Shown here: positions 41,125-51,803 of the stretch, one piece after another
How positions within the stretch are numbered: position 1 is the stretch's first letter
How the letters are laid out: each line of letters begins with the position of its first letter
Origin: Cyanobacteria bacterium J06626_4
GTDB taxonomy: Bacteria; Cyanobacteriota; Cyanobacteriia; Phormidesmidales; Phormidesmidaceae
Assembly (NCBI GenBank): GCA_038523235.1
Contig: JBCBJQ010000012.1
Location: forward strand, 1 to 64,000
Direction: 5' to 3'
DNA: 64,000 nt
Translations under genes and position numbers: made by a program
The notes under the pieces: model-generated
Database searches by the model: none
Seen by the model: only the letters and a program-made list of their open reading frames with translations
Told to the model about the DNA's origin: nothing

Positions 41125-44100
41125 ACCCACAGACAGCGTCTCCGCTTGAGCCCGATCGCCAATCACCAGAGACCCACGCTGACGGTCAATCGGCCCATCA
41201 GTCTACGCCCCCCGCTGGTCGCACCAAGCCGGTACCGACTTGGATGACGTTCTTTTTCACCCGGCAGATTTTCGCCATGCTCCTGTGCTTCCTGTTGCTG
41301 ATGGGCGGGTTGATGGGATATTTCTCCATGGTGAAGGAGGGCGACCCGGATATCAAAATTGCCCGCGCACTGATCACTACTGTGTGGCCTGGCACCGATG
41401 CCGAAACCCTCGAGAATCAGGTGACTGACAAGATCGAGACGGAAATCAAGAGTCTCCAAGGCTTAGACGACTTTACCAGCGCCACCTTTAATTCATTTTC
41501 GATTATTAACGTGGCGTTTAAGGCGGAATCACCGGTCGCGGAGTCGATTCAACAGCTGCGCGGCAAACTCGACGATGCGGAGCCCGAACTGCCGTTGGAG
41601 GCTACCGGGCGAGAAAAACCCGAATTTGAGCAGCTGTCACAGCAAGATGCCCCAGTTCTTTCCCTGGCGTTGATCGGGGACGAGCTGAATATTACCCTGC
41701 TGAGCCAGGTGGCTGAAGACTTACAGGAGCAGCTCGAGTCCGTCCAAAATGTGCGAGAGGTGAACTTGTCGGGACGGCGAGACGATGTCATTCATGTGCA
41801 GATGCAGCCCAGTCGATTGACCACTCTGGGCATCGCGGCGACCCAGGTGAGTAACGCCATTGAGGGCGGCAACATCGACACCTCTTGGGATCTGGTGCGC
41901 GATGACGAAATCGGTGCTCAAGTTCGCCTTTATGGTCGCTTTCGCACCCTCGCAGATTTAAAGAATTTGCCGGTGGCTCGCCTCAATGACGCTCGCCTGG
42001 TGCGGTTGGCCGAAGTGGCTGACGTCTATCAGGGGCTAGAGCGAGAAACGAATCGCGCTGATGTGAGCTGGCAGGGCGATGACTTTGAAGCCACAGTGAC
42101 GCTGGATGTAGTCAAGGTGCCCGGCAGCGACACGAGTCAAGTGGTGGCCGATGCGATCGCCACGATGGAAGCCGCCCGCAGCGACCCAGAACTCTGGCCC
42201 TACGGCCTGGACTACCGCATTCTCAACAACGATGCCCAAAAGATCCGCAATGAACTGAACAATCTGGGCAGTAACGTTTTGCAGGCATCATTCTGTGTGT
42301 TTGCCATTTTGTTTGTGGCCCTGACCTGGCGTGAAGCCCTGATTGCGGGGTTAGCTATTCCCCTCACCTTTGCAGGCGCGACGTTTGTGCTTTGGGCCCT
42401 GGGATACACCCTCAACAGCATGGTCATGATCGGCATGATTTTGGCCCTGGGGCTACTCGTTGATGTATTTATTCTGATGCTGGAGGGCATGCATGATGGC
42501 ATCTACAACCAGGGACTGAGCTTTGCGGCAGCGGCGATTAAAACCGTGAAAACCTATGCCGCGCCGTCATTTTCGGGCCAATTGACCACTATTTTAGCGA
42601 TGGCTCCCTTGATGGCGATCGCCGGCACCATGGGCAAATTTGTGCGCCTGATTCCCATCAGTGCCATTACCTGCCTGGTGCTGAGCTATGTCGTGGCGCT
42701 GTTAATCGTTGTCCCCTTATCCAAGTTTTTAATGGATCGGGGACAACCCCCCGAACAGCGCCAAACCTTTATGGATCGCCTGACCGAGAAAATATCGGCT
42801 CAGTTCACGCAGTGGAGTTTAAAGACGACGGTTCCCAATCGCCACGTGGCGCGGTGGTGGACCGCCGGTACCCTAACGCTATTTGTGTGCGCCATTGTCT
42901 TGTTTACGCAGCTGCCGTTTGCGTTGTTCCCAGATACCGAAGGCCGCAAGTTGAGTATCAATGTCGAGTTGCCGCCTGCCGCCACCTTGACCCGTTCTCA
43001 AGAAGTCGCCGATCGCATCGGTGACCGGCTGCGCCATTACCCCGACCCTGACGGAGCAACCGTTTTTGCCAATGTGGTCAAACTGGTCGGGCAGCGCAGC
43101 AATTTGGTCGCATCTAGTGAAATTAAGCCCGTCAACGCCGATTACTTTGTCGGCTTATCGGCCCTATTCGTGCCGCGATCGCAGCGCCAGCGCGACTCCT
43201 TTGAGTACGTCCGCGACCTGCGGCAAGAACTGAACGACACCATCATTCGAGACTATCCGGGGGCGATTTTAGCGGTGCAGTACGAGCGCACCGGCGGCGG
43301 GGAAGACCCGATTCAAGTGGAACTCTACGGGGAAAACCTGCAGACCTTACGAGACATCTCAGCTCAAGTACAGCAGGCGCTCCGAGAGATTCCCGGCACG
43401 ATGGATGTGCGTGATGATCTGGGCAATTTGCGTGAGGATTACAAACTGGTGCCAAAACGCGAAGCCCTCGATTTCTATGGCCTCAGCTCAGCCGACTTAG
43501 GCGGCCAAGGCCGGTATCTGATGATCGATAACGACGTGGGCGACTTTTCCGTTGGCAGCGGCGAAGAAGACTTAGAAATTCGGCTGAGTACCCAGTGGCC
43601 CTCACGTCAGGGCGATATTGGTGGGCCTTCCCGACTAGATGAATTTGCCACGATCCGGTTTGTGACGCCCAGCGGTGAAGCGCTGCCCGCCGAGGCCTTG
43701 TTAGAGCCGGTACCGGGAGCGGTGCCGTTGTCGATCACCCATCGCAATACGGAGCGCAGCGTCACCGTCCTCGCCAAAGTGATGCCGGGGCAGGGTTATT
43801 TTGACAGCGAAATCTTAACCCAGCTGGAGCCTCAGTTGGCGGCCATGCAGTATGACCCAGCGGATGTCGATAATCCCGCCCGCTGGCCGCGGGGATATAC
43901 CTATCGATTTGGCGGTGACGCTGACACCAGTAGTGAAACGTTTGGCTCTGCCGGGCAGATGTTGGTGGTCGCGATCTTTCTCGTGTTTTCGGTACTGGTG
44001 CTGCAGTTTGGCTCCTACACTCAGCCCGTGATCATCATCCTGACCATTCCCTTTGCGCTTATTGGCACAATTTTTGGCTACGTCTTGCTCAATCTACCGT

Positions 44101-44438
44101 TCTCTTTTCCGGCGGCGATTGGCATTATTTCCCTCACCGGCATCGTGGTCAACAATGCCATCGTCATGGTGGACACCATGAACGAACGCCGCCGCCAAGG
44201 CTATGACGTGCGCCATGCCGCGGCCCTCGGAGCCAGCGATCGCCTGCGCCCCATCGTGACCACCTCCTTTACCACCGTCATCGGGCTCTTACCCCTGGCG
44301 CTGAGCGATGCCAAATGGTTTCCCCTCTGCATGGCGATTATTTTCGGCCTGCTTTCTGCCACGCTCATTGCCTTGCTGGTCGTCCCCGGACTGTATTTGC
44401 AACTTACTCCTCAAACAGTCACCCCCGAGGGTTCTTAA
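41121..44438 (+). CDS. RND efflux permease (AcrB family)
   Basis: 1105 aa with 1+5+1+5 TM pattern, TVWPG...LENQVT..IE and RLRPIVTTS. ATGA overlap with the MFP gene. Confidence 0.95.
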   Translation: MNPQTASPLEPDRQSPETHADGQSAHQSTPPAGRTKPVPTWMTFFFTRQIFAMLLCFLLLMGGLMGYFSMVKEGDPDIKIARALITTVWPGTDAETLENQVTDKIETEIKSLQGLDDFTSATFNSFSIINVAFKAESPVAESIQQLRGKLDDAEPELPLEATGREKPEFEQLSQQDAPVLSLALIGDELNITLLSQVAEDLQEQLESVQNVREVNLSGRRDDVIHVQMQPSRLTTLGIAATQVSNAIEGGNIDTSWDLVRDDEIGAQVRLYGRFRTLADLKNLPVARLNDARLVRLAEVADVYQGLERETNRADVSWQGDDFEATVTLDVVKVPGSDTSQVVADAIATMEAARSDPELWPYGLDYRILNNDAQKIRNELNNLGSNVLQASFCVFAILFVALTWREALIAGLAIPLTFAGATFVLWALGYTLNSMVMIGMILALGLLVDVFILMLEGMHDGIYNQGLSFAAAAIKTVKTYAAPSFSGQLTTILAMAPLMAIAGTMGKFVRLIPISAITCLVLSYVVALLIVVPLSKFLMDRGQPPEQRQTFMDRLTEKISAQFTQWSLKTTVPNRHVARWWTAGTLTLFVCAIVLFTQLPFALFPDTEGRKLSINVELPPAATLTRSQEVADRIGDRLRHYPDPDGATVFANVVKLVGQRSNLVASSEIKPVNADYFVGLSALFVPRSQRQRDSFEYVRDLRQELNDTIIRDYPGAILAVQYERTGGGEDPIQVELYGENLQTLRDISAQVQQALREIPGTMDVRDDLGNLREDYKLVPKREALDFYGLSSADLGGQGRYLMIDNDVGDFSVGSGEEDLEIRLSTQWPSRQGDIGGPSRLDEFATIRFVTPSGEALPAEALLEPVPGAVPLSITHRNTERSVTVLAKVMPGQGYFDSEILTQLEPQLAAMQYDPADVDNPARWPRGYTYRFGGDADTSSETFGSAGQMLVVAIFLVFSVLVLQFGSYTQPVIIILTIPFALIGTIFGYVLLNLPFSFPAAIGIISLTGIVVNNAIVMVDTMNERRRQGYDVRHAAALGASDRLRPIVTTSFTTVIGLLPLALSDAKWFPLCMAIIFGLLSATLIALLVVPGLYLQLTPQTVTPEGS

Positions 44439-44528
44439 CGCCCATTCAGATTGCATTTGAACGCCCATCATCAGTCCAGAGCCCTGGCTGGTGGGCCCTT
44501 GATTCACCCTTAATACCCAACTTCCAAC

Positions 44529-45926
44529 ATGTTGTTATCCACTCTGTTTCTTGCTGACTGGGGCAGTTCTGGCTTCAGCGATCCGGTTGCCCTGCTGCTG
44601 GCGGTGGCCGGTGGCCGCGACGGTGAAGCGGATGCCAAGGCGTTAGCCATCGCCGTGACGCTGACCACCATTTTGATTTTTCTCGCGGCTCAAGTCTTTG
44701 GTGAAATTGCTGTTCGCATTGGTCTCCCTGAGGTGTTGGGAGAACTTATTGCCGGTTTCCTAATTGGCGTTTCGGGGGTGCAGCTGTTGATGCTGGGTAA
44801 TGGTGGCCCCGTAGCTGATTGGGCCGTCACTACGGTGCAGCTCATGACTGGCAGTGATCCGGCGACAATTCAAGCGATTTTTGCGGGGCCAGTCACTATT
44901 TTGACCAATGAGTATGCCGCGACCGGAGTCGGGGTGCTGTTGTTCAAAATTGGCTTAGAGGCTGATCTCAAAAAACTGCTGAAAGTCGGGCCGCAGGCGG
45001 CATCAGTCGCGATTGCGGGGGTCGTTTTGCCGATGGTGGCCGGCTTTGGGGGATTAACCTTGCTCTTTGACTTAGCCGTCATTCCGGCGCTCTTTGCCGC
45101 CGCTGCGCTAACAGCCACCAGTATTGGCATTACGTCTCGCATCATGCAAGACATGGGAGTGCTGAATACGAAGGAAGGTCAAATTATTTTGGGCGCAGCC
45201 GTCCTGGATGACATTCTGGGAATTGCCATTTTGGCCGTGGCGATTGGCATTGCTGAGCGGGGCACGGTGGAGATTGCGAGCGTATTAAATATCATCGTCA
45301 GTGCCACCTTATTTGTCGCCGCGGCGATCGCGCTCAATCAGACCTTTGGGCCTCGCTATATCAACTTCCTGGGGCGACTCAACAACCGCTACAGCGTCCT
45401 CATCGGGGCCATTATCTTTTTATCGGCAATGGCACTGGTGGCGCGAGCCATCGGCCTAGAAGAAATTCTGGGCTGTTTTGCGGCGGGCATCATCCTGAGT
45501 GATACCAGAGCCACAAAGACCTTGGAAAAAGCCTGTGACCCCCTAGTCGCTTTATTTACGACCATGTTTTTTGTCTCCATTGGAGCCAAAACGGATCTGA
45601 CTGTCCTGAATCTGAGCAACCCTGAGAGTCGCCTCGGTTTAGTCATTGCCGGGTTTCTAACGATCGTCGCGATCGCGGGCAAACTCGCCGCTGGCTACTG
45701 TGTGTTTACTCGGAACAAAATCAACCGATTAGCCATTGGTACAGGCATGGTTCCTCGTGGTGAAGTGGGCCTCGTTTTTGCCGGTCTAGGAGCTGCCACC
45801 GGGGCCCTATCGGGGTCGGTTAATGTCGCGATTGTGTTGATGGTGATTGCGACCACTTTTGTGGCCCCGCCCATGCTGCGATGGGTATTCGCGAAGCAGC
45901 ATCAGCAACTGGAACTGGAGCTGTAG
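44529..45926 (+). CDS. CPA2 cation:proton antiporter (NhaS3/NapA-like)
   Basis: LFKIGLE.D, ATSIGIT, GAAVLDDILG and GMVPRGEVGL. Confidence 0.92.
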   Translation: MLLSTLFLADWGSSGFSDPVALLLAVAGGRDGEADAKALAIAVTLTTILIFLAAQVFGEIAVRIGLPEVLGELIAGFLIGVSGVQLLMLGNGGPVADWAVTTVQLMTGSDPATIQAIFAGPVTILTNEYAATGVGVLLFKIGLEADLKKLLKVGPQAASVAIAGVVLPMVAGFGGLTLLFDLAVIPALFAAAALTATSIGITSRIMQDMGVLNTKEGQIILGAAVLDDILGIAILAVAIGIAERGTVEIASVLNIIVSATLFVAAAIALNQTFGPRYINFLGRLNNRYSVLIGAIIFLSAMALVARAIGLEEILGCFAAGIILSDTRATKTLEKACDPLVALFTTMFFVSIGAKTDLTVLNLSNPESRLGLVIAGFLTIVAIAGKLAAGYCVFTRNKINRLAIGTGMVPRGEVGLVFAGLGAATGALSGSVNVAIVLMVIATTFVAPPMLRWVFAKQHQQLELEL

Positions 45927-46238
45927 CGGCAAACGCCTATCGCTCTGTGATTCAGGAATAGGGCAGAGAAAGTCTTTAGTTGCTGGTGGTTAGTTGTCTG
46001 TATTAGCAAGCGAAATTCATGCTTACAGCAAACATTCAAGTTAAACGATTCACGATAAAAATTGTTTTTTTTAATTTCCTAATTCAGACTAGTGGCCGCA
46101 TTCATTATTCTCTGCAAGAAACAATTCAAAAACACCCTCAAAAAGCATGGCAGACACCATCTCAACAGCTTATGAGGGTTGTCCTGAACGTCTGAGCAAA
46201 CAAATTATCTTTCCAGCTTTACTCATAGAGGTTACATC

Positions 46239-46487
46239 ATGAACATCGAACGTCCTAACGCCAAACCCTTGTCTTCTGAAGAGATCGCTCACCTTGCAAC
46301 CCTCAGATCGGTGGTTGAGAAAGCTCTGGAAGATGGTCGATTTTCCATTTATGAAAGTGAACGAATTCAGTCCCTGATTTGGGCCGATGGCAAGGTCACG
46401 TATGAAGAGTTGCGGACGGTGAATGAAACCGTTAGCAGCGTGATGGGGAATCTCTTACCTGAGCTGGAATGGCGTAGCTATCGTTAG
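46239..46487 (+). CDS. Small hypothetical protein
   Basis: 82 aa with GAGG RBS; repeated (E/A)DG(R/K)x(S/T)xxE pattern. Confidence 0.75.
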   Translation: MNIERPNAKPLSSEEIAHLATLRSVVEKALEDGRFSIYESERIQSLIWADGKVTYEELRTVNETVSSVMGNLLPELEWRSYR

Positions 46488-46634
46488 GGGCAATTCGTCG
46501 CTCGCATCGCCCCAGCCGCACCCAAAACCAGTCGTTAGACGGCTGGTTCTGCCAGCACTCCCTCTGCTCTCTTTGCGCATCATCTACCCTGTCACCCTCC
46601 CCATTCTCGAGCTTTGCTAAACACCTGACTCACC

Positions 46635-48341
46635 ATGCTGATCAGACGTACTAACCCAAACTTAATGCGACGGCTACTGACAGCGACAGCACTGTGCCTG
46701 ACCTCTGGGAGCCTGGTTGCTTTACCCGTCAGCTCAGCCGAAACGATTTATTTTGACTATGGCTTGTGGGGGCGATCGCTCTCCACTTCATCTTTAGAAG
46801 CCTTTGCTACAGACGGCACTGTCGATGCTGAACTCGCCTCCTATCTAGCTGCTCTGCCGCCAACCAACCAACAGGAACTCCAGCGCATTTTGAACACGCC
46901 TCTACAGACATTGGGGTCAGATACCTTTGCCCAAATTAGTGATCCCTTTGTGCTGTCTCAGTGGCTGTACACGCCGATGGGAGATACCTTTCTGGCTTCG
47001 CTGGGGTTATTGATTCAAACCCAGAGCGGCCAAAACGGACAACAGGCGCTGCGAGCCGCCATGATTTTAGCCGCCGCCGACCCGGCTGGCCTGTCGCTCA
47101 TCAATATCATCCGGTTTTACCCAACCAATGGGCTGCGGCTAGATTTACCGCAAATCTTGGCTCTAGCAGATAGCCTCAACACAAATATCGCCATCACTAA
47201 CCAATTAGTGATGGTGGCAACTGACCAGTCACAGCTCGCAGCGGCATCTGACCCCGCGATGGACTATGGTGCCCTGCCCCTATTGGCCGAAACTGGCCCG
47301 TTTGAGGTGGTGCAACAAGCGTTAGTACTAGAGGATCAGCAGCGCGATCGCACCTATCCGGTAGATGTCTACCAGCCCGCAGATCTGCATGCGGTCCCTG
47401 GCCCGGTGCCAGTCATGGTGTTCTCCCACGGGTACGGCGAGACCCGTACCCAGCTTGACATCAGTTCGTTGGCCCATAGCGTGGCGGCAAATGGCTTCGT
47501 AGTGGCCGTACCTGAACACATCGGCAGCAACCAGGCCTATCAGCATGATTTAGCTCAAGGCTTAGTACCCGAATCCTTTGCCGCGATGGAGTTCATCAAT
47601 CGCCCTTTAGATATCCGGTTTCTCCTCGATACCCTCGAGCAAAAAAATGAGACTGAGTTTCAAGGACGCCTGCAGTTAGAGCAAGTAGGGCTGATGGGCT
47701 ACTCCTTTGGGGGCTATACGGCCTTGGCCACCGCCGGAGCCACGGTTGATCTGGAGCGATTGCACCAGCAGTGTGACCTTGACGCCGAGTTCACCTCTGA
47801 CACGGCCAATATTGCCCTCTTAATTCAGTGCCGGTTGTTCGAATTAGCCGCCTTACCCAACGCCATTCCCGCCCTCACCGATGGCAGTCTGGCCGATGAC
47901 CGGGTCGGCTTGGTCATTGCCTTTGCCCCCTTAAGCAATCTATTTGGCGAGCAGGGCATGGGCAATATTCAAAGTCCAGTTGTGATTATGGGTGGGGCCT
48001 ATGACGTAGCCGCCCCCATTGCCCTAGAGCAGCTGACCGCTTTTCAATGGCTCACGACATCCGACAAGTATTTCTACGTGGCCGAAAACCTGTCTCATAC
48101 CTCTGAGCTCACCCGGCTCGTCTTGGCGTTAGAACATCCTCAGAGTGATATTGTCACCCAATTCAATGCTGCCGAAAGCGAGCTGTTTAGTCTGGCCATA
48201 TCGCTCGCCATCGCTCATGGCCATGTTTATCTACACCACGATGACGCTTATCGCCCCTACCTGACAGCGGCTTATGTTGAGACCCTTAGCAGAGAACCCA
48301 CCAAGCTACATCTGCTGCGCTCTTTTCCAGACAGTTTTTAG
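46635..48341 (+). CDS. Alpha/beta hydrolase with N-terminal DUF1400-like domain
   Basis: AETIYFDYG...SL...SLE.FA.DG, FSHGYG, RPLDI.FLLD.L and nucleophile elbow GYSFGG. Confidence 0.9.
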   Translation: MLIRRTNPNLMRRLLTATALCLTSGSLVALPVSSAETIYFDYGLWGRSLSTSSLEAFATDGTVDAELASYLAALPPTNQQELQRILNTPLQTLGSDTFAQISDPFVLSQWLYTPMGDTFLASLGLLIQTQSGQNGQQALRAAMILAAADPAGLSLINIIRFYPTNGLRLDLPQILALADSLNTNIAITNQLVMVATDQSQLAAASDPAMDYGALPLLAETGPFEVVQQALVLEDQQRDRTYPVDVYQPADLHAVPGPVPVMVFSHGYGETRTQLDISSLAHSVAANGFVVAVPEHIGSNQAYQHDLAQGLVPESFAAMEFINRPLDIRFLLDTLEQKNETEFQGRLQLEQVGLMGYSFGGYTALATAGATVDLERLHQQCDLDAEFTSDTANIALLIQCRLFELAALPNAIPALTDGSLADDRVGLVIAFAPLSNLFGEQGMGNIQSPVVIMGGAYDVAAPIALEQLTAFQWLTTSDKYFYVAENLSHTSELTRLVLALEHPQSDIVTQFNAAESELFSLAISLAIAHGHVYLHHDDAYRPYLTAAYVETLSREPTKLHLLRSFPDSF

Positions 48342-48658
48342 CTCGGGTGAATGTCTTGACGGCGTGATCGCTGGCCTTGCCATCAAGCCCCTCTCCAGCC
48401 TGACCATACAAGCTGCATGATTCCAAGCGTTGCAAACCCCTGCAAACACCGTTTGAGAGATCGGACAACACGCCTCCAAACCGTTTACTCAGAAAAGCAT
48501 CCACGCATCGAGCCTGCAACACTGCCACCCCCAATTCGATTGACCCGCACCAAACTGCAGGCCCGCTTGGGCTGGGTTGGCGCCATATTTGCGCGATCGC
48601 AGCGGCAGACTTTGCAGAATCGCGACTGCAGACTTTTCAGCCACGAGGTGATTTCTTC

Positions 48659-48710
48659 TTGACAAACATGAGTTAAGCTCACATAATCAATACATGAGTT
48701 TAACTCATGT
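48659..48710 (+). promoter_or_regulatory. Sigma70-type promoter with two TetR-type operators upstream of the P450 gene
   Basis: TTGACA(48659)-N17-CATAAT(48682). Operators ACATGAGTTAAGCTCACAT (48666) and the palindrome ACATGAGTTTAACTCATGT (48692). Confidence 0.8.
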
Positions 48711-48788
48711 TTTAGTTGATCAGCATTCGCTTCAGCAGTGATGCTCGACTGACTCCTGTTTTGTCATTTGCCGCTTGAGGAAAAATCT

Positions 48789-50135
48789 ATGAAAACTCCA
48801 GCCTCTCATGCTCAGAACTTACTCAATCTGCCTCGCCCCGATGCTGCAACTGCCCTCGCTGAGTACAGCCAAGATCCCTTAGCTTTCACAACTCGCTGTG
48901 CTCGGGAGTACGGTGAGATAGTGCCGATTCAAATGGCAGGAGAGCTCTTCTGCTTACTCAGCAATCCGGCCCACATTACCGAAGTGCTCAAAGATTGGCG
49001 GCTGTTCACCAAGGCCCAAGACTTAAAACTGCTATCCGGGTTGCTGGGCACCGGGCTCTTGACCAGTGAAGGCAGCTTCTGGCAGCGGCAGCGGCGACTC
49101 ACTCAGCCCATCTTCAAGCAAAGACGCATCGACAGCTACGGTGAAGTGATGGTCGATTATACCCAGCGCATGTTAGCTCACTGGCAACCGGGCGCTGTCC
49201 TCGACGTGCATGAGGAGATGATGCGCCTGACGCTCAATATCGTCATGAAAACCATTTTTGACCAGGATATTGGCGATGGCGATGCCCATAAAGTGGCTGA
49301 AGCCCTCGAAGAAACCATGACTTGGTTTGTCGAGAAGTCAGCGGCGCTGCTCGCCGGTGATGAGCGCACCACATCAGCAGATGCGCGCTATCAAGATGCG
49401 ATCGCTCAGCTTGATGCCACAATTTACGCCATGATCGACTACCGTCGCCAAACTGAGCACCCTGGTAACGATCTGCTGGGTATGTTTATGCAAGTTGTCG
49501 ATGCCGATGACGGCAGCCGCATGACCGATAAGCAGCTCCGTGATGAAGCCGCCACGCTGATGCTGGCCGGACATGAAACCACTGCCAATACCTTGGCGTG
49601 GACTTGGCTACTGCTGGGACAACATCCTACTGTCTGGGCGCAGCTCGATCAGGAACTCAAAACGGTGCTGCAAGGTCGCCCCCCCACGTTTGAAGATCTG
49701 CAGCAGCTCCCTTACACAAACATGGTGATCAAAGAAGCCATGCGACTGTATCCTCCCGTCACCGATGTCACCCGAGAAGCAAGTGCAGACTGCGAAATTG
49801 GCGATTATCACATTCCCAAGGGCACCACGCTGATTTGCAGCCAATGGGTGATGCACCATGACCCTCGCTATTTTGACCAGCCCGCAGTCTTTAACCCCAG
49901 TCGCTGGGCCAATGATTTTGAAAAGAGCCTGCCGCGTGGCGTGTATTTTCCCTTTAGCGATGGCCCCAGAGTCTGCATTGGCAAGGGCTTTGCCATGATG
50001 GAAGCCGTGTTGCTATTGGCTACGATCGCCCAGTCTTTTCGGCTAGAGCTTGACCCAACCCATGTGGTTGAGCCACAGCCTTCAGTGACATTACGCCCCA
50101 AAACCGGTATTCGGGTGGTGCTGAAGAGTGCTTAG
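48789..50135 (+). CDS. Cytochrome P450
   Basis: I-helix AGHETT, K-helix EAMR, FNPSRW and heme motif FPFSDGPRVCIG. Confidence 0.96.
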   Translation: MKTPASHAQNLLNLPRPDAATALAEYSQDPLAFTTRCAREYGEIVPIQMAGELFCLLSNPAHITEVLKDWRLFTKAQDLKLLSGLLGTGLLTSEGSFWQRQRRLTQPIFKQRRIDSYGEVMVDYTQRMLAHWQPGAVLDVHEEMMRLTLNIVMKTIFDQDIGDGDAHKVAEALEETMTWFVEKSAALLAGDERTTSADARYQDAIAQLDATIYAMIDYRRQTEHPGNDLLGMFMQVVDADDGSRMTDKQLRDEAATLMLAGHETTANTLAWTWLLLGQHPTVWAQLDQELKTVLQGRPPTFEDLQQLPYTNMVIKEAMRLYPPVTDVTREASADCEIGDYHIPKGTTLICSQWVMHHDPRYFDQPAVFNPSRWANDFEKSLPRGVYFPFSDGPRVCIGKGFAMMEAVLLLATIAQSFRLELDPTHVVEPQPSVTLRPKTGIRVVLKSA

Positions 50136-50241
50136 CCCAGAATCCACACCCCAGCAACATCCAGACTGGTCGAGTAGTGCACTTTGGGTTGGCTGAGGCT
50201 ACCGCCCAAGTCCTCAAAGGCCTGGCGCCATAGCTGACGCA

Positions 50242-50348
50242 ATAGCGAACCGCAGTCAGGTTGGGACACTTTTAATCGCCGGATCGCTAGCGGCAAGGCC
50301 CTTCCCTGCGCCTTGAACCCGTCACCTTTCTACTCTCTGCCATACATC
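50242..50348. repeat. Dispersed ~105-bp intergenic repeat, copy B
   Basis: Similar to 16938-17046 in the same orientation. Confidence 0.85.
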
Positions 50349-50422
50349 AGGGTGCACCGCTTGACCTCAGATTTGCCTCTCACCTCAAAACGTTTCCAGC
50401 CCTCTCAGAGGAGATTAGAGTC

Positions 50423-50608
50423 ATGCAACTGCTCAAAGAAATTAAGCTGTCCCGTTTGGTTTTGGCCATGGCGATAACACTGCTCATTGCTGACACAGTG
50501 CCGCACCCCAGTCTGTCGGATGGCCTCCTCACAAATTCCTGGAACCTGATCCAGGGCACATCGGCTACCGCTTCCCCCTCAGACCCGACAATCGCAGATT
50601 CCAACTAA
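50423..50608 (+). CDS. Putative small membrane/secreted protein
   Basis: Strong GAGGAG RBS; 61 aa with a basic N-terminus and a hydrophobic segment. Confidence 0.5.
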   Translation: MQLLKEIKLSRLVLAMAITLLIADTVPHPSLSDGLLTNSWNLIQGTSATASPSDPTIADSN

Positions 50609-51025
50609 ATCACCAATGCTTCAGGCAATGCGTTTCATAGTTTGCACGCCTTCGTCGCTCAGGCGACTGATGGCAGGGGGAAAACACTCAATGGCGACAC
50701 GACCTAGCTTGACTCTATCGCCCAACGCTTTGCTACTCTCAGTCCGTGCCCATGCTGGTGCGCTCGATTCAGTGACTATTTCACTGCCTCCAGTTTGATG
50801 ACATTGCTCTTCCAGCCAGGCTCATATCTTTGATCCAGCAATGCCGGAAAAAGTCGGGTCACCAGCGAAGGGGAGTAGTGCATGCAACCCCAAACTTCAG
50901 GGATGCCCTACGCTCTTGATAGATGGCAGGTCAATCGCTAACGCTCTTTTCATCCATCTGCTCTCGCCGCTTCCTCAACCTTGCGTTCTGCAGGAATATT
51001 CCTATCAAGCTGATCCTTGACGTCG

Positions 51026-51640
51026 TTAATCCTCATAAATGCGGGCTTCAGGGGCATCAGGATTCTCTTCGGTATATTCCTGAAAGGCTGATTTTCCAGC
51101 CTCGTTCTTACGTTGATGAGCCGCTGCCGCTTGGAGTTCTTCCACGACATCCCAAGCCGCAGCACAAGCCGGGGAAGTATCGCCCTGCGCTTTGCAGATC
51201 ACCCGGGCTTCTTCTCGCGCCACCTCAATGCGATCTTCCAAAAACATTTGCTTAGGCTTTTCGACAAAATCGCTCTTGCGCAAGATATCGCTGATGGAGA
51301 TGATGCCCAGCAGCTGACCTTGAATGACGGGAGCACGACGAATCTTGGTTTGGGCAAATAGCCGAGCAACATACTCAACCCCCAGATCGGGATTCACCAC
51401 GACACAGGGCTTCGTCATGATTTCGTAGACGCGCATTTGCCTTGGGTCGTGCCCAAAGGCTGCCACCTTGTAGATAATGTCGGTTTCAGTCACCATGCCG
51501 TATGGATCTGCAGCGTGGCGGGGTTCCACAATCAAGGCGCGGAGGCTTTTATCTTTCATCATGGCAACAGCGTCGGCAACGGTAGCCGAGCCACGAATTG
51601 TGACCACCGCTTTGGTCATAATGTCGGAGGCTTTCATCAT
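51026..51640 (-). CDS. CBS-CP12 fusion protein
   Basis: CBS pair followed by CP12 core C.......C..AWDVVEEL and C-terminal ENPDAPEARIYED. Confidence 0.93.
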   Translation of the reverse strand: MMKASDIMTKAVVTIRGSATVADAVAMMKDKSLRALIVEPRHAADPYGMVTETDIIYKVAAFGHDPRQMRVYEIMTKPCVVVNPDLGVEYVARLFAQTKIRRAPVIQGQLLGIISISDILRKSDFVEKPKQMFLEDRIEVAREEARVICKAQGDTSPACAAAWDVVEELQAAAAHQRKNEAGKSAFQEYTEENPDAPEARIYED

Positions 51641-51803
51641 AGAGGTAACCTAATTTGAATCGATTGACTAGGCGTAGCAAAATCAGAAAGAGACAATCTC
51701 AACCTGTTTTGATAATATCTACGAGATGGATCTTACAGGGTCTCGATCGCCCTTTTTATGCGGAGAAAGATTAATCCTTGAGACTTTCTCCAGTGAGAGA
51801 TCT

